Notes under the pieces: model-generated | Seen by the model: only the letters and a program-made list of their open reading frames with translations | The model's database searches: none | What the model was told of the DNA's origin: nothing | Shown here: positions 22,329-34,772 of the stretch, piece by piece | How the letters are laid out: every line of letters starts with the position of its first letter | Numbering within the stretch: position 1 is the first letter of the stretch | NCBI RefSeq assembly: GCF_001194135.2 | Contig: NC_068990.1 | Location: 44,727,183 to 44,770,102 of the forward strand | Direction: 5' to 3' | DNA length: 42,920 nucleotides | DNA from: Octopus bimaculoides | Taxonomy: Eukaryota | Made by a program: the position numbers and the translations under genes

Positions 22329-23131
22329 GAATGCATGACACACACGTCATGCATTCGTATAGAGATGTGCATACATATGTGTATGTAAAATATTATGCAT
22401 AGATATGTATACATACATACATTCAAAAGTTCGTTCTCATCCTTAGTCCTTTTCTCCTTACGTTAGTATGGGGGAGTTTGGTTGTGTGAGTGAATACGTA
22501 TATGTGTGCAAGTATGTGCAGTTGTTCATGTTCACGCCCATACGCACACTCTTCATTTTTTCTTTCTTTTTGCTTTCTCTCTTTTTTTCTTCCTCTTAAA
22601 CTGACCCAGGTTTAAAATGTCTTGAACTGTAATCGGCGTATGTATGTATGTAGGTATGTATGTAGGTATGTATGTAGGTATGTATGTAGGTATGTATGTG
22701 CGTGTGTGTTTGTATATGTATGTATCTATTTATGTATCTATGCATGTATGTGTGTATGTATGTTATCTTCTATTTCTAATTATCTGAAATCTTCGTGTAC
22801 GGGAGGAGCTGGTTTCTAACAAAGATACAAAGCTCTATTGGTAGTATGTAGATAACAAAGACAAATTCATATTTTAAACTTGAGAAAGTTTTTCATATTT
22901 TTATTGTTCCACTGACAGATTGCATTTATAATGCACGAGTTACCTGGTTGATTTTTTTCTGAAAGTCTAGGTTATCCAAATTGTCACCTAGGCATTTACT
23001 CACAGAACCAAATGCACAAATTATTACTGGTATATATGTAAATATATGTAAATATATATAAACTGGTATGTGTGTGTGTGTGTGTGTGTGTCTATGTATC
23101 TATGTATGTTCGCATGCATCTACGTATGTGT

Positions 23132-23514
23132 TGGTTGGTACTCCGTCAGTTACGACGACGAGGGCTCCAGTTGATCCGATCAACGGGACAGCCTGCTCGT
23201 GAAATTAACGTTCAAGTGGCTGAGCACTCCACAGACACGTGTTTCTTTAACGTAGTTCTCGGGGGAGATTCAGCGTGACACAGTGTGACAAGGCTGACCC
23301 TTCGAATTACAGGCACAACAGAAACAGGAAGAAAGAGTGAGAGAAAGTTGTGGTGGAAGAGTACAACAGGGTTCGCCACCATTCCCTGCCGGAGCCTCGT
23401 GGAGCTTTAGGTGTTTTCGCTCAATAAACACTCACAACGCCCGGTCTGGGAATCGAAACCGCGATCCTACGACCGCGGGTCCGCTGCCCTAACCACTGGG
23501 TCATTGCACCTCCA
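23132..23514 (-). mobile_element. SINE family B, full length, 12-bp TSD
   Basis: TSD ctacgtatgtgt at 23120-23131 and 23515-23526. Confidence 0.92.
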
Positions 23515-24019
23515 CTACGTATGTGTATGTATTCAGTAATTTCCATGTTTCCTGTTTTACTCTTCCCTTCTGCCGTCAGAGTAATGAGATGTATCCTTCC
23601 GTTTTGTGTTAACTTGTCTAAGGAACCGGTTAAACGCCGCTAAAACTCCAGTAACAAATTGCAGGACCACAACTTGATATGTGTGTTTGTGGTTTTGTCT
23701 TTAAAATTTAATTTCCTCTTCGCTGACTTGAATTCAATAACCAACAAATTGACAATATGTATGTATATCATTGTTCAGTTTTATTCCAAAATTTCTTGCT
23801 AATAGATAAAGAGTCGGTTTCTAACTTAGATCCAAGGCTCCTTCATTGGATATTTTGTTTGTATGTATGTATTCATTTATTTATGTATATATGTATTATG
23901 TATGTGTGTATGCATGTATGTATGCATGTATGCATGAATGTATATATGTGTGTATATGAGCAGATTTGTATGTTTTGCTTTATGTATGTATTCTCATGCA
24001 TGTAGTTGCATATCTAGAC

Positions 24020-24490
24020 ATTCTCATATATATTTAAATGATAAATTTCTGGACTGTTTTACAGATTTTTACAGTTCCTGTGATGGATTGGATCTGTAGT
24101 CTTCGAATTAGCTTTCTCTGCCGCCTTGCTTTCGTTTTAGGTAGAAGCGGTCTACGTCACTGTTTATGTAGAAATTATGTGTGCCTATTAGTATTTTTCG
24201 GGTTTTCACGTCAATTGCTCGGATCTCATCAAGCGTCCAATCAAGCAGCCCAAATGTTGGTATGAGTACTGGCACTGCAAACGCATTGTGGGCCACTGTT
24301 TTATTGAATGCCGAGAGTTCTGAAGTCCAAATTTTCTTTATTTGACTGTGATATTCTTTAGTGACACGTGTTTAGTTACAGGTGCCCTAGATACCTGTAA
24401 TATTCCTCGTCAGATATAGGGGAAATAGTTAAATCATTGATGGAGATGTTGCTAGTCTGGTTTATAGCTTTCTCCCTTTTCACAACCATA
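24020..24490 (-). mobile_element. R4/Dong-like (RLE-type) LINE relic, RT thumb region
   Basis: ISPISDEEYYRYLG / RVTKEYHSQIKKIWTSELSAFNKTVAHNAFAVPVLIPTFGLLDWTLDEIRAIDVKTRKIL..SDVDRFYLKRKQGGR. Confidence 0.85.
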
Positions 24491-24635
24491 TAACAACATA
24501 TGTATGTATGTGTGTGTATGTATGTATGTACGTATGTATGTATGCATGTATGTATGTATGTATGTATGTATGTATGTATGTATGTACATTATTGTCTTGT
24601 TTTTTTTCTACATTTATTGCCAATAGAGAAAGAGT

Positions 24636-24670
<35 letters not shown>

Positions 24671-24783
24671 NNNNNNNNNNNNNNNNNNNNNNNNNNNNNN
24701 NNNNNNNNNNNNNNNNNNNNNNNNNNNNNNNNNNNNNNNNNNNNNNNNNNNNTTTCTACATTTATTGCCAATAGAGAAAGAGT

Positions 24784-24817
<34 letters not shown>

Positions 24818-24818
<1 letters not shown>

Positions 24819-25090
24819 AAGGCGTGTGGTGCAGTGGTTAAGGTATTCGTAAGGTCATGAGTTCGAAAATTTCATGTTGCTCCAGTCTACTCATCTGGTA
24901 TAAAAGGAGTTGTACCTGTATTTCAAAGGTCCAGCCTTGTCACATTTTGTGTCATGCTGAATCTCACTGAGAACTACGTTAAGAGTACGCCTGTCTGTGG
25001 AGTGATCAGCCATTTGCATATTAATTTCACGAGCAGGTTGTTCCGTCGATCGGATCAAATGGGATCCTCGTTGACGTCACTGACACAAGT
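24818..25090 (+). mobile_element. Diverged tRNA-derived SINE sharing the family B 3' half
   Basis: aaggcgtgtggtgcagtggttaagg head, then ccagccttgtcac...gagaactacgttaag...ttaatttcacgagcagg. Confidence 0.7.
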
Positions 25091-25243
25091 ATTTATGCAA
25101 GTATATGGAGTCAGTGCGTTTGCTGATCTGTATGTTTTGTTTTATATGTGTATTCATGCATATACTTTGCATATTTAAATATGTGCATGTGTACTTACAT
25201 GTTAAAGTTTTGGTATATTTTACATTTCCATTGATGGCTTGTA

Positions 25244-25649
25244 TACTCCTTTACTTGTTTCAGTCATTTTGACTGCGGCCATGCTAGAGCACCGCCTTTA
25301 GTCGAGAAAATCGACCCCAGGACTTATTCTTTGAAAGCCTAGTACTAATTCTATCGGTCTCTTTTTGCCGAACCGCTAAGTTACGGGGACGTAAACACAC
25401 CCGCATCGGCTGTCAAGCGATAGTGGGGGGACAAACACAGACACACAAACACACATACATACATATATATATATGTATATATATACGACGGGCTTCTTTC
25501 AGTTTCCGTCTACCAAATCCACTCACAAAGCTTTGGTCGGCCCGAGGCCATAGTAGAAGACACTTGCCCAAGGTGCCACGCAGTGGGACTGAACCCGGAA
25601 CCATGTGGTTGGTAGGCAAGCTACTTACCACACAGCCACTCCTGCGCCT
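25244..25649 (-). mobile_element. SINE family C, full length with internal CA/TA microsatellite
   Basis: Minus-strand head aggcgcaggagtggctgtgtggtaagtag...ggttccgggttcagtccc (A and B boxes), tail gactgaaacaagtaaag. Confidence 0.9.
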
Positions 25650-25779
25650 ATATCTGTAATCTAATTAACTTTCTCTCTTTTCGGCTTTGAGAACCCTAAT
25701 TTCTCAAGATTGGTGCTAGGGCATTTTGTTACATAACCTAGTACCCAATACCTACTGGTATAAATCTGGTCTTGTATTT

Positions 25780-25825
25780 TTGTATTATGTATGTATGTAT
25801 GTATGTATGTATGTATGTATGTATG

Positions 25826-25857
<32 letters not shown>

Positions 25858-26088
25858 AAACACACCAGTTGCAACATTGTTCGTTCATTTTCGTGACACA
25901 GAAGCAACAATTAAAAAAAATAAGTTGAGATAATGCAGCCTTTGACTCTATTATAGGAACCGCACAGAGACACATACGCGCACGCACGCACACATTCACA
26001 CACAGGCATAGAACGATACATACATGGAGACAGACAAACGGAATGACGGACATACAGACAGATAGATAGACAGACAGACAGACAGAGA

Positions 26089-26161
<73 letters not shown>

Positions 26162-26332
26162 GGCAGGCAGGCAGGCAGAGACACAGGCGTATAAACATAG
26201 ACGGATAATGATACATATATGGTAATTGAGACACACAAAGAGACAGATAGATGAACAGATAGGCAGAGACAGACACGTATGCACACGTACACACACATAT
26301 ACTCACACATGCACGCACGCACACGCACACGC

Positions 26333-26380
<48 letters not shown>

Positions 26381-26520
26381 TCATACACGCATTCATGCAT
26401 ATAGACATAGATACATGCATACACACATCCATAAAAGCATGCATACATACATGCACCCACATGCATACATACATATAAACAGACAGAGAGACAGACAGAC
26501 GGACAGAAAGACTACAATAG
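25780..26520. repeat. Compound (TATG), (CAGA), (CA), (TA) microsatellite block
   Basis: Direct reading. Confidence 0.9.
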
Positions 26521-26677
26521 CCTAGTTTGTATAAGTTATAACGTTAGATGAAACCAAATACCAATCTGTAACGATATGTTGTTCTCTTAATATCCCGTCT
26601 TCACTTCTGTCTTCTAGATGCCTCATTCTCTCACGTTTTTGTTTTGCTTTGTATTATTATTATAACATTTAATATTA

Positions 26678-26721
<44 letters not shown>

Positions 26722-27114
26722 GTTGTTGTTGTTGTTGCTGGTGGTGGTAGTGTTTTTTTTGTTTTGTTTTTCTTTTTGCTTTTAATTCTATTTTGTTTTT
26801 TGTTCTTGCCACCGCCCAAGTATTAGATATGGCCAACGCCCTCAGACCAGACGTAAAATCAGTTTCGAATCTACAATTTTTGTCCCTAATTTATTTACCC
26901 TACCCTAACTACCCACCAAGCTACACACCTACACACCTACCTCCACCCTTTTAATCTACATTCTTATCACTCCTCGCTATCTTCGGCCTTCACCTTGGAC
27001 AGTCATTAAAGCATCGCTTCTACATCAATTGCTCCACCGGCGTCACGGCGACTTGCATTCTCCTTTGTATTGAGCCCCAAAATTTTTGGGGTGGAGCCCT
27101 TGAGGCCAATAAAA

Positions 27115-27640
<526 letters not shown>

Positions 27641-28104
27641 TTATCATCATCACCAACAACACCCTCGCCACCAACACTAGTAGTGCCATCACTGGGGCAA
27701 TGACTGGTAGAGTCATTAGAAGATCAAATAAAATGCCATGCTGCAGTTCTGAGTTCAAATGTAGCACGAGTTCAATTTTGAATTTTGTCCTACTCTTCTA
27801 CTAGTCACTATCACCATCTACAAACCCGGGATCGATAAAATAAGTGACCATAATATATTAATTATAACAGCTAATCAAAGCAACTAATTAAACAAACCGT
27901 ACGAATCTGTTTCTATACCTGGTCATCCGACCTACAAGAAATAGTAGCCAGCTAGCCTTCAAATCAAAGCTTCACTGCTTTAACCAGGAAGGAAACTCAT
28001 TAAGGAATGTAATCCAAGACACACCTCACTACTACTACTGCTACTATTTTACGGACCTCTCCACCCCCCATCCTGATCTATTGCTTGAAATCCAAGGAGT
28101 TGAA

Positions 28105-28217
28105 TACGAGGAGGAGGAGGAGGAGGAGGACGACGACGACGACGACGGGAAGAAGAAAAAGAAGAAAAAGAAGANNNNNNNNNNAAGAAGAAGAAGAAGA
28201 AGAAGAAGAAGAAGAAG

Positions 28218-28281
<64 letters not shown>
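28105..28281. repeat. Compound (GAG)(GAC)(AAG)(AAC) trinucleotide array with a gap
   Basis: Direct reading. Confidence 0.95.
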
Positions 28282-28639
28282 TTGGGGGCGTTTAGCAGGA
28301 GAAAAATGTTAAATGACAGCTGCTCCGAAAAATGAAAATATCTATTAATAACGGTTAAAAGACACGGATCAAATCAAATGTTGATGGATAAATGTGCAAA
28401 TAATAGTTGTGAAATGTGTAAAACATTGCTTCATATAATTAAAGTATTAAAAAAATGTTCATAGTGGTTGGTGGGCGATCTGATACCTACCATTTGTAAA
28501 CAAACTATCGGCGTATGGTTCATATCAACACCAAGCCGATTACGTCCTCACATAGAAAAAAAAAAGAGAAAAATATAATAAAAACCGTAACATAAATTAA
28601 TAGAGAAATATGTACTTTGAATCCGATGCGTAAAAAGTA

Positions 28640-30660
28640 CGAAAAATGGAGTACATAAAACGCAACATCATCAGAAAAAATAAACCGGTATCAGACGAAA
28701 ATAAAGATAATCTAAATTTCCAGAGGTTACATTTCAAGTCTCGTAAATATAACAGAAAAGGCGTAAATGGATACGAGAGGGATATGTTTTCTTTTTTCAT
28801 GCATGTTTCACAGCGACACTTTGCCCACCCAAAAGAAACTTCGACAATATAATGGTATAAAAATTTGAAGGAAAATAATCCATACCTACACGTAACGTTA
28901 GATCCCAACAGACTTGCTACATTAAGATGATACATTCTCAGAAACGAAAAATATCAGAGGTCGAAATAGATTACTCAAAAGAAATAATACATTAAAAAAA
29001 CACAAGTAACAAACACAAAACAAGCATAAAGACAATGAGAACGTAACCTAACACCTACAAATCAATGTAAATAGTGAAATACAACAAAGCCAAACCTAGT
29101 TTTCCCATACATCTTGTGATACATCTGGATACCTCATCAGTAAAGTTTCCTCTCATTAGGTATTTCGGGTCTTTCAACATCAGACACTCTCACCCCAAGC
29201 AAGCCCATTCGAGGTTGACCCCAACTTATACCCACTATCCTTAGTCACACCTCCCCTTCCGGAGTTCGCAGCACCTGATTCACCATCACCTTGAGACAAC
29301 CTCCACTGCTTCTGCAGCCAACTTCATGACCTTCCGTTAACAGTTCCTGATCAATATATCCAAAGCAGAACTACACAAAAGACTATAAATAAAAGAGATT
29401 GTGGTGAAAGAGTTAAGATAGGAGAGATAATACCAAAACTAAACAACGACAAAAATAAAGACAAATAATACTATTATGCTTTACCTTTTTCAGTCGTTGT
29501 TAGTCAGTGTTAGTCTTGAAGGGTTTTAGTCGAACAAATTATCCCAGTACCAACGTATTTTTTATCTGAACAATCATGGGAGGCGATAACAACAGAAGAA
29601 ATAACCCAGAGGCTGCTACAAACAGAACTTGAAGGCACCAGCACATAAGCTCCTATGCTTTTGATTACAATGTTTAATTATGAAACATAAATTGCAAGCA
29701 GTGACGCTTAATAAAGTAGAAAACACCTAATTGCCACACTGAGAGGGAAATAATCTTAATGTCTAGAGAAAAGAAAGGTGGAGCGTATAAACTGCAACCA
29801 CATAACCTGTCTGCTTATAACCTACAAAACCTCAACACCAAATGATAGCGCAGAGAATAAATAAAACAGCCTGTTTACAGGAAAGAAGACGAGATTCTGC
29901 AAAAGCTCATATGTCGGTAAAGATTATTTCAAAACTATAATTGAAGACTATAGAAGACGGTTTGGGCATCACATGTACTTACTGCCAGGAGGTCTTTGGT
30001 AATGTTCCTCAGATTCAATCCCGGAAACATTGGCCGTGACTAAGATAGTGTCAACAGTAGATACATTAAACTCGTTGTGAGTGAATGACAAATAATTTTG
30101 CAGATTCAGACAGAAGAGCTATATAATAAAAGAATGTATCTCCGCGAGAAGGGGAATAATTCTCCACTCCTATTTTGCTTTTGTCTGGTATTAACATCTT
30201 TATGCTTCATGCTAAACCAGGTAGGTCTCGAACGCAGATGGAACTGGAGGACGCCAACCTGAAGCTGTACGTTTCAGATAATAAACATCTAGAAACACTG
30301 CCACAGATAGTAAAAAGATTAATTGCAAGAACTGATATGAACTTCGGACTAGAAAAATGCTCAAGGGACGGTAATTGAAGAGACGAAAATTGATTAAGGG
30401 CACTCGATAAAAAGATTGAAATATGAGAATCATAATAAATATATACAAATACTTCAGAATCAATGCATTTGGTAACTTAGAGAAAATACAAATAAAAGAA
30501 AAGATAAGACAACAATATTATAGACGTTTTATATAGGTGAACTGTCAAAATAAAGCAATAGGTATCAATACTCTCAGTAGCAAGTTATAGGTGCAATAAT
30601 TTTGACTGGACGGTGAATAAAACAGCAAGACTAAACTGAAAAACTCTAAGAGATCATTGT
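28640..30660 (+). mobile_element. Highly decayed R4/Dong-like LINE, N-terminal region through RT
   Basis: GVNGYERDM / RLATLR*YILRNE near the N-terminus, HITCLLITYKT (RPITCL..YK motif), SPLLFCF, NLKLYVSDNKHLETLPQIV..DMNFGLEKC, and IKEKIRQQYYRR..NKAIGINTL..DWT. Confidence 0.75.
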
Positions 30661-31552
30661 GAGGTAAACTCTAGTAAATCAATTATCAGAAATTGAAATC
30701 TAAATATAATGAAGCTTCTGACTTTGGTATGGTTAGGATAAAGCTCATTATCGTGTGCATTTATGCGTCTTTTTGTATAAATAACAATGTGCATGTATAT
30801 GTGTGTGTGTATTTGTGTGTATTTGTGCGTATGTGTATGCGCGCGCGTTTGCATGTATATGTATGATTGCATGTGAGCATGTGCCAGTGCTAAAGTCCTA
30901 ATATGTGATTGATACAGTTGAGGTTAGGGTTATTGTGCGTATGTATTTATCGCAAAAGTGTTTGTAAACATATGTATGTGATTTTGTGTGCGCATTGTCG
31001 ACTGGCCTGTAAATATCTATACGTATATATTCATGAATAAATACATATATGCAGACATGTGTATATATGTGTATATATATGTGTATGTGTGTGTGTGTGT
31101 GTGTGTGTATACACACACACTCACTTTCGCACATGAACACATGCATGTGCGTGAGTATATGTGTGTGCATGTCTGTGTTTGCGTGTGTGCGTGTGTCATT
31201 ATTTACAGTCACTTATATGCGTTTCACCTTGAAAGAGCTTTGTTCAAACTGTATGCAGTTTCAACACATATATGTAGATACATACATATGTATACACACA
31301 CATAGACATATATACATATATATATACATATATATGTATGTATATATATATATATATATATNNNNNNNNNNNNNNNNNNNNNNNNNNNNNNNNNNNNNNN
31401 NNNNNNNNNNNNNNNNNNNNNNNNNNNNNNNNNNNNNNNNNNNNNNNNNNNNNNNNNNNNNNNNNNNNNNNNNNNNNNTAAATAGATATTTAACTCTACA
31501 ACATATATTGAATTTTCTATCAAACAATGTTTCAATTGAGATTAACGTATTC

Positions 31553-31605
<53 letters not shown>

Positions 31606-32084
31606 TGTGTGTGTATGTATATATAGGTTAAAACTTATACATTACAACATATGTGTGTATGTATTTATGTCTATATATTTGAGAATGTATGTTAATATGT
31701 ATGTGTGTATGCATGTATATTGTCAACAATGTGTGGTAATTTTTTCAAGGACATTTGATTGTTTTGCTCCTCCAACTACTCCTCATGATGGCCACAACCA
31801 TTTACAATACCAAAATCAGGAACAGTAACAGCAGCAACAACTGCGGCAAGAGCAGCAGCAGTGTAACAAGTATCACCCTTAAACCCTGTCGCTAACATCT
31901 GCAGAACCATTATCACCATCTTCACTGCTGCGATTAGTGCTGCTGCTGCTGCTGCTGCTGATGCTGCTGATGCTGCTGCTGTTACTGCTATTGCTACTGT
32001 CTTTATTACAAACAACAATCACTACCTCAAACACCTACAATAACAACAGTATTAATTTCATCAACAGCAATGAGTGCCTCTATG

Positions 32085-32235
32085 CAGTCATTTGGCCTGC
32101 TAGATGAAGCAGCCAAATATCTCCTTAAAATCGCACACCTCAACGTCTTGGAAAAGACGAGACACGTTTGATGATGTAGTTCTAGAAATTCAAAAAAAAT
32201 GGCATGGTCACGGTTGGACCAATACTTGCGCATTG
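32085..32235 (+). repeat. Short dispersed repeat family E (ggcctgctaga..gcagccaaat.tcc.t.aaatc.cacc); further copies near 15870-15960, 27930-28025, 35020-35120, 35790-35910, 36350-36545, 36985-37100, 39530-39700, 39780-39940
   Basis: Recurrent motif on both strands within the window. Class not determined. Confidence 0.55.
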
Positions 32236-32961
32236 TTGACCCGGTAGCTAAACAACAACTCAACCAATAATATCAATAACACCGAGCAAACGGAGACGCC
32301 TCTAGCGTGGTTGAACGATTTGTTAGATATATCACTATCAGAAGCTCTGCATTGTAGAGTCTACACCAGTCATGGTCGACCTTTTTCAAGAAGTGGACCG
32401 TACGAGATATGAGTCATCATCAAACGAATACTAAAAATTTCTCGGTAATTTTTTCGTTTGAAGTACCATTCAAAATGTCCTACAACCTACAGTTTGCCCA
32501 TATCTGGACTAAACCCTAGAGGGTGGTGCTCCAGTAATTTTAAAAAGTGAATAAAGGAATAAAACTCGTCAGATGTAAAAAATATGGGCGATTTTTTTTT
32601 CTGGCTGATACTGTTATTTATGAAATATCTTACTTTATTTCACGCATTGCGGGCCGAATGAGATATGGCTCATCATCAAGCCGGCGACACTACGAAAAGA
32701 AAGGGTTTTTTTTATCGACTCTGAAAGGTTAAAAAACAAAGCTGACCTCAGGATGCCTTGAGTCGGAACAAATACCGCGAGACAACATCCATCACTCAAG
32801 CGACGCAGTTAATTCGCCTTACCACTAATATTGCTGCTGCTGTGGGAACAACATTTTCACCAGAGTCATTTTTGTGTTTTGTAGAGGGCTGGAATTTGAT
32901 CGGCTCTTCTGCATTCTTCCGGCTCTAAGGCCTAACTTTTCCACCACAACATCCAGTCCTT

Positions 32962-33406
32962 GTTGGGATAAGGTAACTTACGTGCCCCAGTGACATTGGG
33001 AGCAATGCCAGTGGTTGGTACGCAGGCTCTTGGTGGAGCTTTCCATGCTGGACAGATCAACGGGTGGAGGCCAGTCTAATATGGACCACCCCTTTCCAGA
33101 AATAAAAATGAATTTGCGTTCGGGAACATCCCTACTTAGAAAAAAAAACAAAATTAGAGGAGCATCGATGACAATTAAAAGCTAACAAGGCAGGAGGGAA
33201 AAAAGCTTTCTTTCGAGGACACATTTGTCCACAAGGGAGGTAAGAAGGGACGCCCTAAAAATAGATGGAGGTAGTATACTGAGGCAGAGTTGAAAATACA
33301 GGGATCAAACAAGAGAAAAGTAAAAATACAACCCAGAGTCAAGCCAGTGGATAAAATTTGTCGATGGCTTGTGTTCTACAGGTAGAGAAGGACTTAAGTA
33401 AGCAAG
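32962..33406 (+). mobile_element. Internally deleted RTE-like element (5'-UTR-like part joined to the ORF end and TAAG tail), flanked by 39-bp direct repeats
   Basis: The 3' end reads WIKFVDGLCSTGREGLK* followed by taagtaagcaag. Direct repeats at 32923-32961 and 33413-33451 (36/39 identical). Confidence 0.5.
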
Positions 33407-33789
33407 GCGTAACTCTAAGGCCTAACTTTTCCACCACAGTTTCCAGTCCTTTTATGCAATAACAAGGGTCTCTATGATTAGACATTTGAGCATATCGTGC
33501 TGCAATGAGGTCTTTAGTTGTGCAGCTCATATGTAGAACAGGTGTTATTAGTACAGTCTACAGCAGCGGGAGAGCCCGTAGAAACGTTAGAAATATATAA
33601 ATGAATATATTNNNNNNNNNNNNNNNNNNNNNNNNNNNNNNNNNNNNNNNNNNNNNNNNNNNNNNNNNNNNNNNNNNNNNNNNNNNNNNNNNNNNNNNNN
33701 NNNNNNNNNNNNNNNNNNNNNNNNNNNNNNNNNNNNNNNNNNNNNNNNNNNNNNNNNNNNNNTATACATATATATATATATGCATGTGT

Positions 33790-34095
33790 GTGCGTACGTG
33801 TGTGCATGCGCGTGTACTCGTATGTGCATGTCTTTATATTTGTGTTTGTCACCCCGCCACCATCATCACTTGTTTACGTCCCCGTAACTTACCGCTTTGG
33901 CAAACCAGGCCGATAAAATAAGTACTAGAATAAAACTCTATATGTCTTGAGTTCCCGAGGGTTTTGAATAAAAAATCCCGCCAAGGTTAACTTTACCTCC
34001 CATCCTTTCGAAGTCGATAAAATAAATACCAATTAATGGACAAACAACTTCCGCCTTAGATTGCTGACCTCGTGCCAAAATTAGAAAGAATTATT
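33790..34095 (+). mobile_element. SINE family C middle fragment followed by a SINE family A 3' fragment
   Basis: tgtttacgtcccgtaacttaccgc..gataaaataagtactag, then ccgccaaggttaactttacctcccatcctttcgaagtcgataaa..gacctcgtgccaaaattagaaag. Confidence 0.7.
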
Positions 34096-34355
34096 ATTGT
34101 CTTTGAGGTCAAACCTAACTGAGCTCGTCTATGTCCAAGAGCACTCCAACCATGACCCTCTTGTCTTCCACTGGACCATTTTCTGTTAGGAGCTACATTG
34201 CCCAATGTATTTCTCCTTTCTTGAAACTGGTAAATTTGGGCAAAAGCTGGTTGGCTGCTATTTTTAGCTGGTCGAACGTCTGCAATAAAAGCCAACGCTC
34301 CTCGTTTGATTCATAGAATGGGTGTGTAGCGTTGCAAGATGGTTTGCTTGATGTG

Positions 34356-34390
<35 letters not shown>

Positions 34391-34747
34391 AATAAAGAAA
34401 GAAATAATACTGAATAAAAGAAAAGAACAGAGTAAGAAAAAAGAAAGAAAGAGAATGGCATAAAAAGGTTGATTTGAACAAAATATAAGATCAGTTCAAA
34501 TCATAATGGAATCTACCATTCTCTTGAGACCATTGTCGTTGCCATTGATGTCGTTGCCATTATTGTTGATGTTGTTTTGTTGTGGTTGTTTGTGCTGCAG
34601 CTGCTGCTGCTGGTGTGCTCGGCATTTTTTTTATTGTTTGTTATTACTGTTGTCGTTTGTCACTGTTTTTGTCAAACAATCGCTCAAGTGCTTTCCTAAT
34701 AACGCTGATCTTTTTTAAGATGCCCGCATGACTTAAAACGCAACCAT

Positions 34748-34772
34748 CGAGTGACGTCACTCGTCACATGAC
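34748..34772. promoter_or_regulatory. 16-bp perfect palindrome containing a full CRE (TGACGTCA), overlapped by an E-box/M-box-like GTCACATGAC
   Basis: cgagTGACGTCActcg at 34748-34763 and GTCACATGAC at 34763-34772, in non-repetitive, locally CpG-rich sequence. Confidence 0.4.

Noticed and set aside
24604-24818. Direct repeat tttctacatttattgccaatagagaaagagttatgtgtg.. on both sides of a gap
   Set aside because: Identical sequence flanking an 82-N gap at a (TG)n run is a typical unmerged contig overlap.
29095-29185. Minus-strand CTGATGAG...GAAA near 29095-29145, and a second CTGATG..GAAA just upstream on that strand
   Set aside because: No credible stem I and weak stem II, within a decayed LINE. 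Likely chance.
33556-33592. Hammerhead-like half: GCGGG-agag-CCCGT-a-GAAACGTTAG
   Set aside because: Stem II, GAAA and a palindromic AACGTT are present, but the CUGANGA box is absent (ctacagca).
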